A stretch of 64,000 bases of DNA from Candidatus Binataceae bacterium (GCA_035531615.1 DATKSQ010000092.1:4220-68219), one strand, 5' to 3'. Shown: positions 37,710-47,914, counted from the first letter of the stretch. Translations and numbers: made by a program. Notes: generated by a model from the letters alone, not told the origin.

Positions 37710-38287
37710 ATACACCCCCAAGCCCGGTTGGACCCTCTTGATTGGTCGCGCTCGTCAAACCCCAAACCCCGATGTAAAAGCGGGACGCGGGATCGGCACA
37801 ATCCCCCGGCACCGCACTACAACTACGAACGGGGCTTAGCTAGCACTTGGATTGGCAGCATGTCAAGACCGATGTCACGAAAAATTCAAAGTGCGGAAAC
37901 CCCGGCCTCACGAAATATCGCGCCGGGCGTCCGGGCGGCCCCGCCGCGCAGCTTCGAGCATGGCGCAAACGGTGCACCAGGAAATTGACCGCCGTCGGCT
38001 CATCCCATAAATTCGCGCCATCGATTTGCGCGCGCGCAATGCGCCGGACTCATCGGGCCGCGCGAAGCGCTCGGTTAAGAATATTTACCGGCACTTGAAT
38101 TTGTCGGTCGAAGAGTGTACGTAAAGCGACCGATAGGGGTATCCGGGGCGGGCGGCCTTAGAATGAATTTCCCGGGAGGGCATTCTTGCTGGACCGGATT
38201 GCGAGGGGTTCTTGAATGCGACGCGTATCGAAAGTTGGTTTGAGTCGGCTGGCGCGATACCGAATGACTTGGCGGGGGTTACACACA

Positions 38288-39811
38288 ATGATTCAGGGAA
38301 GGAACAAGAACATGATTAATGAGGGCGGCTTTGGACTTGGGCGTCCGGTCACTGGACGCCGCGCGAGGCTCGGGAGATGGTTCCCGTCGATGTTCGCGGC
38401 GATGTCGGTGTGCGCACTCGCCCTTTCCTCGGCCGGTTCCACATTTGCGCAGCAGAAGAGCCCAGTGGCGGCCCCCAACCTGAGCGTCTCGGGGATTGCC
38501 GACAGCGTGGTGGTATCCAACAGCGGCGCGCTCCTCGGTAGTTCGGTGGCAGTCTTTGCCGCCGGCTCAAAGATGCACGCGAAGCCTGAGGTGTACAACT
38601 CGGGGCCGGGACCGCACAACACGGACCTGGAGGGCGCCGCCGGGGTTGCGATCAATCCCTCCACCTCTCACAACTTCGTCGCGTCGAGCGCGGACAACTT
38701 GGTGCTGTCGTTCTCGCCGACTGCCAACGGCTCGGTCCCGCCCGAGCAGTTGATCGTCGGGCTCGACAACCCCGATGACGTCGCATTCGATGCGACTCCG
38801 ATTCCGAACCTCGACACAGCGCTGAATAACAGCGGGGATATCACTTCCACGACTCCCAACGCATACGTCAGCAACACGCTGCCGCCGTTGTGCGTTTCGA
38901 GTTCGCCCTGCCTGACTACGTCGCCCGATCTTTGCAGCATCGGCAGCATCGAAGGTTTCGAGCCCGTTGGCGAGTTCATTGCGGTCCCGAATACGGTTAT
39001 CAAGGGTTGCAGTACGTTAAATTTCGGCCCGGTCGGCCTTTATGTCGATGAAGCGACCGTGCACGAATGCACCTGTACAAGCGAATCTCCCTCGACCGAT
39101 TGCGCCACCGCTGCCGATACTTGCAACATAGGTAATGGCAACACGGTCACCCCGATGCAGACGCGGCGTATCTTCGCGACGCAGCGCTTCGGCGGCTTCA
39201 TAACGGTTTACGAACCCGAGTTCGCCGCGGCATTGGGCATAACCGGCGCGGATCAGCCGCCGGTGGGCGGATTTATTTCGACCGCGCTCGCGTCGGGCGA
39301 TGCCACCGAGCCGAACTTCCTGGCGACCAACGGCTTCCTTAGCGTCACTTCGTCCGGGTCTGTGTTCTACACCGTTCCCACTCAGCTTTATGTCACGGAT
39401 ATCCTGGGTGGCCACAACAGGCGCGGCCGCGTGAAGACGTTCAATATCGCGAGTATCGCGAACTGTTTGGTCACGGCGTCGGATGGCACGTGCGAGGTGG
39501 CGAATGGAGACTTCCTGGTTGCGGCCAGCGCGACTGACATCGAAGGCAAGCACACCCGGCTGAGCCTTCCGATGGGAATCGCGGCGCAGCCCGATCCGGA
39601 CTTCGACGGGACTTTCAAGCTGTTCGTCACCAACGTGAACAGCAATTCCGTCGTGCAGTTCTCCAACCTGGATTCGGGTGATGCCCGACCCGAGAGCATC
39701 CTGATCGGAGGCCGTACGAAGCTCAACCAGCCCGCGGGTATCGCCGCCTTCCCGGTGGTGGTTCCGGGGGCGCCTCCGCCGTCGGTCGCTCAGGCGACCA
39801 AACCAAAGTAG
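38288..39811 (+). CDS. Secreted NHL-repeat/beta-propeller-like protein with Cys-rich inserts
   Basis: Signal peptide; LEGAAGVAIN, LDNPDDVAFD, LSLPMGIA, LNQPAGIA. Alternative start 38312. Confidence 0.65.
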   Translation: MIQGRNKNMINEGGFGLGRPVTGRRARLGRWFPSMFAAMSVCALALSSAGSTFAQQKSPVAAPNLSVSGIADSVVVSNSGALLGSSVAVFAAGSKMHAKPEVYNSGPGPHNTDLEGAAGVAINPSTSHNFVASSADNLVLSFSPTANGSVPPEQLIVGLDNPDDVAFDATPIPNLDTALNNSGDITSTTPNAYVSNTLPPLCVSSSPCLTTSPDLCSIGSIEGFEPVGEFIAVPNTVIKGCSTLNFGPVGLYVDEATVHECTCTSESPSTDCATAADTCNIGNGNTVTPMQTRRIFATQRFGGFITVYEPEFAAALGITGADQPPVGGFISTALASGDATEPNFLATNGFLSVTSSGSVFYTVPTQLYVTDILGGHNRRGRVKTFNIASIANCLVTASDGTCEVANGDFLVAASATDIEGKHTRLSLPMGIAAQPDPDFDGTFKLFVTNVNSNSVVQFSNLDSGDARPESILIGGRTKLNQPAGIAAFPVVVPGAPPPSVAQATKPK

Positions 39812-39849
39812 GGCGCCACCGCGTTTCGATCGCCCTTACGGCAGAAACC

Positions 39850-39890
39850 AAACCCCCGCGGCGGAAACCCGCCGCGGGGGTTTTCATTTT
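39850..39890. terminator. Bidirectional intrinsic terminator
   Basis: AAACCCCCGCGGCGG-AAAC-CCGCCGCGGGGGTTTT between convergent genes. Confidence 0.9.
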
Positions 39891-39905
39891 GCGCGGCGTA
39901 CGAAC

Positions 39906-40487
39906 TCAGACCAGGTCTTCGGCGAGCGCCACCGCGAGTTGCGCGGTAATTACGGCGCGGGCCGCAAGGCTTGGATGGTCGCTCTCGAGCGCGCATTTGC
40001 CTGCGCGCGCGAACTCAAGGAACTGCTCGGCCGCGATTCCAGCGACCGGAAAGCGCACGAACTGAACCGAGCTTATCCGCGCTTCGTTCATCTGCCGGGT
40101 GTCGAAGATCGCGCGTTCGCGCCGATCGCCAATGACGATCCACAGATGGCGCTCTAGCCCGAGCAAGCGGCGCAGCGCACCGTCGCGCTCGGCCGTCTCC
40201 GGATACTGGATGAACATGGTCGCCGACAGCGCCGCGGCGCCGGGCAGCAGTTCGTTATAGGTGTCCAGTTCGTGCTGGATTGCGCCGCGCTCGGTCATGC
40301 GCTCGGTGCGAATCATCTCCTGCACCTGGTACCAGACGGTCTGCGGATTCTCGAACAGAAAACTTAAGTGCGATCCGACCTCGAGGCGGCGGCGTTCCTT
40401 TTCATGCATGAATATCGGGCGCAGGCGCTCGCGCACGCGATCGTAATCCGCCAGCGCCAGAGTCTCGTCGAAGGTGATCGGCTTCAT
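39906..40487 (-). CDS. DUF3501-family protein
   Basis: FLFEN.QTVWYQVQEMIRTER, ELDTYNELLP, SSVQFVRF; rubrerythrin operon context. Confidence 0.85.
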   Translation of the reverse strand: MKPITFDETLALADYDRVRERLRPIFMHEKERRRLEVGSHLSFLFENPQTVWYQVQEMIRTERMTERGAIQHELDTYNELLPGAAALSATMFIQYPETAERDGALRRLLGLERHLWIVIGDRRERAIFDTRQMNEARISSVQFVRFPVAGIAAEQFLEFARAGKCALESDHPSLAARAVITAQLAVALAEDLV

Positions 40488-41836
40488 GTGCTTTTCTCCG
40501 CCGGCGCCGGCACGCGATCGGGAAAGCCGCCGTCGCCGGGGGCGCGGTAAGCGCGCTCCAACACTTCGATCGGATGCATCGGATGGATTCCCGTCGCCTG
40601 TTCGATCTGCACCGCCGCCAGCGGACAATCGGTGGCCATCACTTTGGCCCCCGCATCGCGCATCCCGGAAAACGCTTTCGCCCCAGCCTGCATCGAGAGC
40701 TCGAAAAATTCCCGCTTCATCGCCCAGGTGCCGTCGTGCGCCGTACACGCGTCAACGGTCACGATGCTCGTGGCCGGGATGATGCGCATCAGGTCGCGCG
40801 AGCGAAAGCCGATTGCCTGCGCCTTCAGATGGCAGGGCACGTGATAAGCGATCGAGACCGGAGTGCTGAGGAATCCGCGGTTGAAACGCTCGGCCTGCTT
40901 CAATTGCCAGAGCACCTGATGCGGATCGACCACCGCGGCGGCGAATTCCTTGGCGTCGCCGCCTTCGATAATCGACGGATATTCCTGACGCATCATCAGC
41001 GAGCAGGTCGGATTGATCGCGGCGATCTGGTAGCCCTGCCGGACTAGCGGCAGCATCGCGGCGATATTCGACCGCGCCTGCGCCTGCGCGAATTTTATGT
41101 CCCCGCCGTCGAGCGCCGGCATCCCGCAGCAGTTCTGCTTCGGACACTTCACGGCGCATCCGTTTTTCGCCAACACCTGAACGGCGGCGATACCCGGGCC
41201 CGGGTTGTAGTAGTTGACGAAGCAGGTCGGAAACAGCGCCACTTTGGCGCCACGCTCCGCAGGCGCCGGCGGCAGCGGATTGCGCTCGAGCCACTTGTCG
41301 AAAGTCTCAGCGGCGAAATCGGGGAGCAGCTTGCCGCAATGAATCCCGAGCAGCTTCTCCATCATCACGCGCTGGAATTTCTGATGGCATCCCCAGTTGG
41401 CGAGCCCCGGCGCCTTGCTTCCGAGCCGGCCGAGCAGATCGGGATTGCCGAGCAGCTTCTCGCGAATGCCAATCCCCTGCTCCTTGGCGCGGATCGATTT
41501 CGCGCGCACCATCAGGCGCGGGAAGTCGAGCTGAAACTCATGCCCGTCGCGCACAGTGTAGGGGCATTTCACCTCGCACAGTTTGCATCCGTAACAAAGA
41601 TCGATGACGCGCTGGTTTTCATCCTTGGTCATCGCGCGCACGTCGCCGTCATTGCGATCGACGGCCTCGAACAGCGCCGGGAACGACGGACACAGGTTGA
41701 AGCACAAGCGGCATCCGTGACAGATGTCGAAAACCCGCTCGATTTCCTTATCGAGTCCGGAATGATCCCAGTACTTCGGCTCGGTCGGCGTGTAGGACAG
41801 GCCGTCGGTCGGCTGCGCTTGGATGCGGCTGGACAT
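40484..41836 (-). CDS. Fe-S oxidoreductase (GlpC/HdrD-like, CCG domain)
   Basis: CHGCRLCFNLC, CYGCKLCEVKC, CCGMP, HVPCH, TDCPLA. Confidence 0.9.
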   Translation of the reverse strand: MSSRIQAQPTDGLSYTPTEPKYWDHSGLDKEIERVFDICHGCRLCFNLCPSFPALFEAVDRNDGDVRAMTKDENQRVIDLCYGCKLCEVKCPYTVRDGHEFQLDFPRLMVRAKSIRAKEQGIGIREKLLGNPDLLGRLGSKAPGLANWGCHQKFQRVMMEKLLGIHCGKLLPDFAAETFDKWLERNPLPPAPAERGAKVALFPTCFVNYYNPGPGIAAVQVLAKNGCAVKCPKQNCCGMPALDGGDIKFAQAQARSNIAAMLPLVRQGYQIAAINPTCSLMMRQEYPSIIEGGDAKEFAAAVVDPHQVLWQLKQAERFNRGFLSTPVSIAYHVPCHLKAQAIGFRSRDLMRIIPATSIVTVDACTAHDGTWAMKREFFELSMQAGAKAFSGMRDAGAKVMATDCPLAAVQIEQATGIHPMHPIEVLERAYRAPGDGGFPDRVPAPAEKST

Positions 41837-41903
41837 GGTTGATCGATCTCCAGAGGGACTGCGTCCGGCGGCGCGGCGCGATGCACCTGATCCGCGCACA
41901 GCA

Positions 41904-41980
41904 CCCTCACCCGCGCGTCACGATGCTTGCGAAAAAAGCGCAAGCATCGCGCCGCGCCGCCCTCTCCCGGAGGGAGAGGG
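41904..41980. repeat. REP-like intergenic palindromic element
   Basis: CCCTCACCC...hairpin CGATGCTTGCG/CGCAAGCATCG...CCCTCTCCC-GGA-GGGAGAGGG; single copy in this window. Confidence 0.6.
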
Positions 41981-42041
41981 CGTGTTTACCTGGCGCACGG
42001 ATGCGGATACGGGCGGCGCTGCGGCATCCGGGCCGACGCTT

Positions 42042-42461
42042 TTAGCTGAGCGTCTTCGCGGCTTTCTCGAAACGCCCGGCGTGCGATTTTTCGGCCTTGG
42101 CAAGCGTCTCGAACCAGTCGGCGATCTCGGGGAAGCCCTCGTCGCGCGCGGTCTTCGCCATTCCGGGATACATGTCGGTGTACTCGTAGGTCTCGCCGTG
42201 AACCGCGCTCTTGAGATTCAGCATCGAGTCGCCGATCGGCTGATCGGTGACCGGATCTCCAACCGCCTTGAGGTAGTCGAGATGGCCGTGTGCATGGCCG
42301 GTTTCACCATCGGCGGTGTCGCGAAACAGACCCGCGATTTCGGGCTGCCCTTCGATATCGGCGACCTTGGCGAAATAGAGATAGCGGCGGTTGGCCTGGC
42401 TCTCGCCGGCGAACGCATCTTTGAGATGTTGGTGGGTTTTGGTTCCTTTCAGACTTTTCAT
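42042..42461 (-). CDS. Short rubrerythrin (no rubredoxin domain)
   Basis: [40 protein letters not shown]. Confidence 0.95.
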   Translation of the reverse strand: MKSLKGTKTHQHLKDAFAGESQANRRYLYFAKVADIEGQPEIAGLFRDTADGETGHAHGHLDYLKAVGDPVTDQPIGDSMLNLKSAVHGETYEYTDMYPGMAKTARDEGFPEIADWFETLAKAEKSHAGRFEKAAKTLS

Positions 42462-42524
42462 TGGTGCCTCCTGACAGATAAATCGGTGAACAAATGCGGC
42501 TTGGATTCCAGCTTGATCGTGAAT

Positions 42525-43022
42525 TCATCCGCGGCGGTTGGCCGCGCGCGCGCGCGGCGCCTTGCAGCGCTCGCACAGCGCGAGGATCTCGAGCGACGCG
42601 CCGAGCAACGTGAACTTGCCCAATCCCGAGCGCCCTTCCAGAACCTTATCCAGCTCCGGGATTTCGATATCGCGAATCCTCCGGCACTTGACGCAAACCA
42701 CGTGATGGTGCGGCGTCAGGTTGCCGTCGTAGCGCGCGCTGTCGTGCAGCATCGTGACCTTGCGCGCCTCTCCGACCTCGCACAGGGTTTCCAGCGTTCG
42801 ATGCACGGTGGCGAGCGAGATGTGCGGATGGACCCGGCGCACTTGGGCGTAGATTGCGTCGGCGCGGGGATGCTCCCCTGATTCGAGGAGCGCCTGGATG
42901 ATCGCCAAGCGCTGTGGCGTCACCGCCAAGCCCGCCCTGGCGCAGCGCGCGGCGAACTCCCGGAGTCTGCGCGCGGCGTAGCCGGCGCGGCGGCCCTCAT
43001 TGACCAGCTGCAGTTCCATCAC
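42525..43022 (-). CDS. Fur-family regulator, PerR-like
   Basis: TPQRLAI, HPRAD, SLATVHRTL, RYD...HHHVVC..C..IRD, CERC. Confidence 0.88.
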   Translation of the reverse strand: MMELQLVNEGRRAGYAARRLREFAARCARAGLAVTPQRLAIIQALLESGEHPRADAIYAQVRRVHPHISLATVHRTLETLCEVGEARKVTMLHDSARYDGNLTPHHHVVCVKCRRIRDIEIPELDKVLEGRSGLGKFTLLGASLEILALCERCKAPRARAANRRG

Positions 43023-43027
43023 TCAGA

Positions 43028-43042
43028 TGATAATTATTACCA
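43028..43042. promoter_or_regulatory. Fur-type 7-1-7 box overlapping the promoter of the PerR-like gene
   Basis: TGATAAT-T-ATTACCA, one mismatch to TGATAATnATTATCA; a TTGACG -35 lies upstream on the minus strand. Confidence 0.8.
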
Positions 43043-43078
43043 TTCGATTATTGCTCGCGTCAAGCCCCGCGCGCGCGA

Positions 43079-44362
43079 TCACAGGCGCGCAAGTAACGGG
43101 GCGCGGCGCGCCAGCGGCCCCACCAGCAGCATCTGCACGTCGCCGATATAGCGCTCGCGAAATCCGCCCTCGCAGTAGCACAGGTAGTATTCCCACATCC
43201 GAATGAACTCGCCGGGGTAACCCAGCGCTTTTATCCGGTCGAGATTCGCAAACGTGTTCCGCCGCCAATGCTTGAGGGTCTCGGCATAGTTGGGCGTCAG
43301 ATCCTCAAGATGAAAGATGCGCAGATCGCTGGCGCGCGTGATCGAATCCGCCAGCGCGGTGACCGACGGGAGGAAGCTGCCCGGGAAGATGTACTTCTTG
43401 ATGAAATCGACCGTGCGGATCGCGCGCGCGTAGTGCTGGTCGGCGATCGTGATCGCCTGGAGCAGCATCATGCCGTCGGGCTTCAGAAGCGCGCCGCACT
43501 TGCGGAAATAGGAATCGACGAAGTGATGCCCGACCGCCTCGATCATTTCGATCGAAACGGCCTTGTCGTAGCGGCCCTCGAGATCGCGGTAGTCCTTGAG
43601 CAGGACCGTGATTTGGCCGGCCAGTCCGGCGGCCGCGATGCGGGCGACCGCGAAGCCGTGCTGCTGGCGCGAGATGGTGGTGGTCGTGACGCGGCATCCG
43701 TAGTTACGCGCCGCGTAAATCGCGAATCCGCCCCAGCCGGCGCCGATCTCGAGTACATGATCGGTGGGCTTGAGCTCGAGCTTGCGGCAGATGCGCTCGA
43801 GCTTGGCCGTCTGCGCCTCTTCGAGCGTGGCTCCGGCGCGCTCGAAGATCGCGCACGAGTACATCATGTTGCGGTCGAGCACGAGTTCGAAAAAATCGTT
43901 GCCCAGGTCGTAATGCGCGGCGATATTGCGGCGGCTGCCCGCACGCGTGTTGCGATTCAGATAGTGCAGCAGCCGGCGCACTGGGCCGGTGGCGCGCGCA
44001 AGACCGCTGTCCATGCTCTGGGTCACGTCGCGGTTGCGCACCATCAGGCGCATTAGTGTAGTCAGGTCGTCCGCGCTCCAGCATCCCGCCATATAGGATT
44101 CGCCCGCGCCAAGGCTCCCACCGAGCGCCAGATCCGCATAGAAGCGCCGGTCATGCACGCGGACCGAGGCGCGCAGCTCGGCGTCTTCGATATCTTCTCC
44201 GAACGTGATTCGGTCGGGCCCATCCTCGACCGTCAAACGGCCGTAGTGCAGAGCTTCGAGCCGCGCGAGAACCATCTTGCGCGCGAGACCTTCCAATATC
44301 GCCGGACGGCGCGCGCGCGCCGCGCGTTCACCTGCGGCTACGATCGAGTCCGGCGGCGCCAT
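43079..44362 (-). CDS. cfa: Cyclopropane-fatty-acyl-phospholipid synthase family methyltransferase
   Basis: IAAHYDLGNDFF, MMYSCA, LEIGAGWG, SIEMIEAVG, KYIFPG, MWEYYL.YCE. Confidence 0.9.
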   Translation of the reverse strand: MAPPDSIVAAGERAARARRPAILEGLARKMVLARLEALHYGRLTVEDGPDRITFGEDIEDAELRASVRVHDRRFYADLALGGSLGAGESYMAGCWSADDLTTLMRLMVRNRDVTQSMDSGLARATGPVRRLLHYLNRNTRAGSRRNIAAHYDLGNDFFELVLDRNMMYSCAIFERAGATLEEAQTAKLERICRKLELKPTDHVLEIGAGWGGFAIYAARNYGCRVTTTTISRQQHGFAVARIAAAGLAGQITVLLKDYRDLEGRYDKAVSIEMIEAVGHHFVDSYFRKCGALLKPDGMMLLQAITIADQHYARAIRTVDFIKKYIFPGSFLPSVTALADSITRASDLRIFHLEDLTPNYAETLKHWRRNTFANLDRIKALGYPGEFIRMWEYYLCYCEGGFRERYIGDVQMLLVGPLARRAPLLARL

Positions 44363-45492
44363 CAGCTACTCGCGCCGTCCGATCTGGCCGCGTGCGCCGA
44401 GGGCGAGATCGCCTCGCCAACCGCGACCGCCTTGGCCGACTCGGCGATCGGGGCATGGGCGCCCTCGACGCGCGGCGCGCGCGACCGCCTGCGAGCCGCC
44501 GTCAGCGCATCGCCCTGCCGCGCCGGGCGCGCGGCCGCGGCCGCCTGGTGCGGCGCCGCGACCCGGCGTGAGTACAGAACATGTTCGGGGACTGGACGCA
44601 GATCCCAGATTATCCCGACCGCCGCGAGAGCCCTGAGCGCGTAGTAAGTGATATCGATCTCCCACCAGAAAAAGCCCTGCCGCACCGCCGCGGGATAATG
44701 ATGATGATTGTTGTGCCAGCCCTCACCGAGGGTCAGCAGCGCCAGCGCGAAGCTGTTGCGGCTGTCGTCGCCGGTCTCGTAGCGGCGCCGCCCGAATACA
44801 TGTGCGAGCGAGTTGATCGTAAACGTGCCGTGCAGCAGCGCCACGCTCGATATGAAGAATCCCCAGATCAGCATCTGCGCGCCGCTGGTGTGGAGTCCCG
44901 GCCACAGATACTCGAGCATCGCGCCCAAGCCAAACATCGCAAAGCCCGTGATGATCGGCACCAGCACATCGAAGCGATCAAGAAACCGCAGCTCGGGATA
45001 CCCAGCCAGGTCGTGCACGATTTTCAAATCGGTGCCGAAATTGGCCTCCGACGTGATCCATCCCATGTGGCTCCAGATAAAGCCCTGCTGGCGCGGCGAA
45101 TGCACGTCACCCGGCTCGTCGGAGCGCTGATGATGCATCCGATGATGCGACGCCCACCATAGCGGTCCGCGCTGCACGCAGGTCGCACCCAAAAGCGCGA
45201 AGCCAAACTGCGCGGCGCGCGAGGTTCGGAAGCTGCGATGGGAAAAATAGCGATGGTAGAAGCCGGTAATCGCGAACATCCGGATGAAGTAGAAGGCGGC
45301 AGCGACCGCGGCAGCGACCGGACTCCATCCGACCCAGATCACCCCAAGGCACATCAGGTGAATCGCGGCGAAGGGAATACATCGCAGCCAATCGACTTCC
45401 TGCGGACCGTCGGCGGGCGCGGCGCCGCCTGCCGCGGTGTCGAACCATCGCGCCAGAGCGATCAGAAAGCTGCGCGCGTTTGCGTATGCCAT
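44362..45492 (-). CDS. Delta-9-type fatty acid desaturase
   Basis: His boxes HRYFSH, HRMHH and HNNHH; INSLAH; TGATG overlap with cfa. Confidence 0.92.
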   Translation of the reverse strand: MAYANARSFLIALARWFDTAAGGAAPADGPQEVDWLRCIPFAAIHLMCLGVIWVGWSPVAAAVAAAFYFIRMFAITGFYHRYFSHRSFRTSRAAQFGFALLGATCVQRGPLWWASHHRMHHQRSDEPGDVHSPRQQGFIWSHMGWITSEANFGTDLKIVHDLAGYPELRFLDRFDVLVPIITGFAMFGLGAMLEYLWPGLHTSGAQMLIWGFFISSVALLHGTFTINSLAHVFGRRRYETGDDSRNSFALALLTLGEGWHNNHHHYPAAVRQGFFWWEIDITYYALRALAAVGIIWDLRPVPEHVLYSRRVAAPHQAAAAARPARQGDALTAARRRSRAPRVEGAHAPIAESAKAVAVGEAISPSAHAARSDGASS

Positions 45493-45584
45493 GCGGTACC
45501 TCGGAGATGCCGCGTCCCCATCGCGGCCGGTGCAGCGATTTTGCGCAGAAATCCGCTCGTGAAGGAATAGCCGCGCGCCGCGCG

Positions 45585-46454
45585 CTAGCGAAGCGGCGCA
45601 TCGACCACGTCGTCGAAGCGCGAGTAATCCACTTCAGTGCTGCCGCCGGGGGTAAAGGTCATGATGTCAGCCAGCCGTTTGCCGAACAGGATCGCGGCGG
45701 CATCGTAGTAATGCCGCGCGTGCACGGTCTGGGAAAAGGTTTCGTCCAGCCCGGTGATCGACACGGTCAGCGCCGCATTCTCGCGCGTCAGCGACTCGGG
45801 CGTCGCATTGGCGAGCGGGCTCGATTCGTCCACGCGATGCTGCGCGGTCCAGCTAAGCGCGAACAGCGCGCTGCGGTCGCGCAGCATCGCAAGGTCGTAC
45901 CAGCGCCGCACCGTTTCGCCTTCCGCGGTCTTCTCGATCCGCGTAAGGGACACGTGCATTTGCGCCTCAACGATTCGGTTCGCGCGCAGGTTGGCCATCC
46001 GGAACATCAGGGTCGATACGCCGTCGCGGCGCGAGATAACCGCGAAATTGCTGAAGCGCACCCGCGCGGTCGGCAGCGAGAACTTCGCGAACACCAGCCC
46101 GGTCATCATCGCGAGCCCAACCAGGCCGAACAGCGCCTCGACCGACATCAGCGCGTTGGACAGAAACGTGGTCGGCGTCATGCGTCCGTAGCCGATCGTC
46201 GCCATGGTTTGCACGCTGAAGAAAAACACGTCGGAGAATGAGCCCGGCCGCGTGCCACCGACTCCGCCATCGATCCAATAAACCAGCGCGAACAACAGGT
46301 TGGTGAGCACGTATGCGGCCGTGATGAAACCGAGCAGTCCGGGCCATGAGGCGATCAGCACGCGATGATACAGGTCGGTGAAGATCGAGCTGCGCGGCAC
46401 GCCCGCAACCGCGCCGCCAAGATTTATCGAGGGGTGTGCGTCGCGCGGCTTCAT
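45585..46454 (-). CDS. KirBac inward-rectifier potassium channel
   Basis: DLYH..L..SW, FFFSVQTMATIGYG, TGLVFAKFS.P, LMFRMANLR, HARH.Y. Confidence 0.92.
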   Translation of the reverse strand: MKPRDAHPSINLGGAVAGVPRSSIFTDLYHRVLIASWPGLLGFITAAYVLTNLLFALVYWIDGGVGGTRPGSFSDVFFFSVQTMATIGYGRMTPTTFLSNALMSVEALFGLVGLAMMTGLVFAKFSLPTARVRFSNFAVISRRDGVSTLMFRMANLRANRIVEAQMHVSLTRIEKTAEGETVRRWYDLAMLRDRSALFALSWTAQHRVDESSPLANATPESLTRENAALTVSITGLDETFSQTVHARHYYDAAAILFGKRLADIMTFTPGGSTEVDYSRFDDVVDAPLR

Positions 46455-46535
46455 GGCCCAACAATATATCCGACACCGCGGCCGGACGCATCGTGCGCGC
46501 CGGGCCACGCGGGAAATTGCGGTCGGCGCCGTGTA

Positions 46536-46931
46536 TCAGGTCCGCGCGGGCGCCGCGAACCAGTCGCGAGCGTTACCGGTAAATATCATCACGGTGGCAA
46601 TCACCTGCAGTACCAATTGTGTAAGGCTCAGTATCCCCGCGATCGGAGCGAAATGTAGCGTGGGCGCGAGCATCCGAAAGTATCCCGGAAGTCCCAAAAC
46701 TCCAATGATCAGCAGTAGCCATCGAGCCCAGTTTTTGCGCCGCCGCGCGACCAGCCAAATGAAGCAGACGATGATCGCGAGCGTTATGGCCTGAACCCAA
46801 AAGACGAAGGTCGCGCCGCCGACCCGGCCCGCCTGTGCGACCAGCCTGGTCCACGTCAATGCCGAGACCAGCACGCCTATGCCAAGCGACAGGTACATGA
46901 GTCGTTCGAATCGCGCGACGTTGGATGGCAT
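46536..46931 (-). CDS. Small 4-TM membrane protein
   Basis: Four hydrophobic segments; RRRKNWARW. Confidence 0.7.
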   Translation of the reverse strand: MPSNVARFERLMYLSLGIGVLVSALTWTRLVAQAGRVGGATFVFWVQAITLAIIVCFIWLVARRRKNWARWLLLIIGVLGLPGYFRMLAPTLHFAPIAGILSLTQLVLQVIATVMIFTGNARDWFAAPART

Positions 46932-46966
46932 TTCGGTCCCCGTGATCCGCACTAGCGCGGCAGTTC

Positions 46967-47914
46967 CTAGCGCGCGAACGCCGCGCGCAATACGGCGCAC
47001 GCCTGGTTGAGTCCCTGCCTGCCCTTGTCAAGCAGGTCCGCGAAGCTTACGAACCCATGCGTCACCCCGTCGTAGCGCTTGAGCGTGACTGACACGCCCG
47101 CCTTGCGCATCGCGGCGGCGTAGGCCTCGCCCTCGTCGCGCAGCGGATCGTGGCTGGCGGTGAGAACCAGCGCAGGCGGCAGATTGGCAAGGCTCTGCGC
47201 GAAGATGGGACAAGCCAGAGGATTTTTCGCGTCGGCGGGGCTATCAAGATAATGATTCCAGAACCATTTCATATCCGCGCGCGAAAGAACGAAGCCATCG
47301 GCCGCAAACTCGCGCTGCGAGGGCGTGTCGTTGGCCGCCGATATCGCGGGATAGAGCAGCAACTGGAAGCACAGCCGCGGACCGCCGCGCTCGCGCGCCA
47401 TCAAGGCGACAGCAGTCGCCAGATTTCCGCCCGCGCTGTCTCCGCCGACGGCGATAATGCTCTCGTCGCCGCCCAGCGCGGCGGCGTTGGCGGCGCCCCA
47501 TTTGGCGGCGACGTAGCAATCCTCCGGTGCGGCGGGAAATTTGTGCTCGGGCGCCAGCCGGTAATCGACCGCAATCACGATACATCCCGCGCCGACAGAC
47601 AGGTTGCGGCATACGACGTCGTGCGTCTCGAGATTGCCGAGCACCCATCCACCGCCATGAAAAAAAACCAGGATGCCCATCGGAGCGGACGCCTCGGCCG
47701 GTGTATAGATGCGGATCGGGATCGCGCCGTGCGGTCCCGCGACCGCGCGATCCTCGACGCTGTAAATCTCGGGTGGGTCCGACGGCCGCGCCGCTACCAG
47801 CGCCATCATCTTGGCGCGGGCCTGCTCGGGGGTCTCCGCGCGCAGGAACATCGGACCGTCGGCGTTCGCCGCGTCGAGAAAAAGTTTCATCTGAGGGTCG
47901 AGCGCGACCGCCAT
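46967..47914 (-). CDS. HSL-family alpha/beta hydrolase (esterase/lipase)
   Basis: HGGGW, GDSAGG, DPLRDEG, HGF. Confidence 0.95.
   Translation of the reverse strand: MAVALDPQMKLFLDAANADGPMFLRAETPEQARAKMMALVAARPSDPPEIYSVEDRAVAGPHGAIPIRIYTPAEASAPMGILVFFHGGGWVLGNLETHDVVCRNLSVGAGCIVIAVDYRLAPEHKFPAAPEDCYVAAKWGAANAAALGGDESIIAVGGDSAGGNLATAVALMARERGGPRLCFQLLLYPAISAANDTPSQREFAADGFVLSRADMKWFWNHYLDSPADAKNPLACPIFAQSLANLPPALVLTASHDPLRDEGEAYAAAMRKAGVSVTLKRYDGVTHGFVSFADLLDKGRQGLNQACAVLRAAFAR

Noticed and set aside
37961-37976. Sigma54 promoter TGGCGC-N5-GTGCA
   Set aside because: Only the GG-N10-GC spacing fits; it is ~310 bp from the next start and such matches are common at this GC content.
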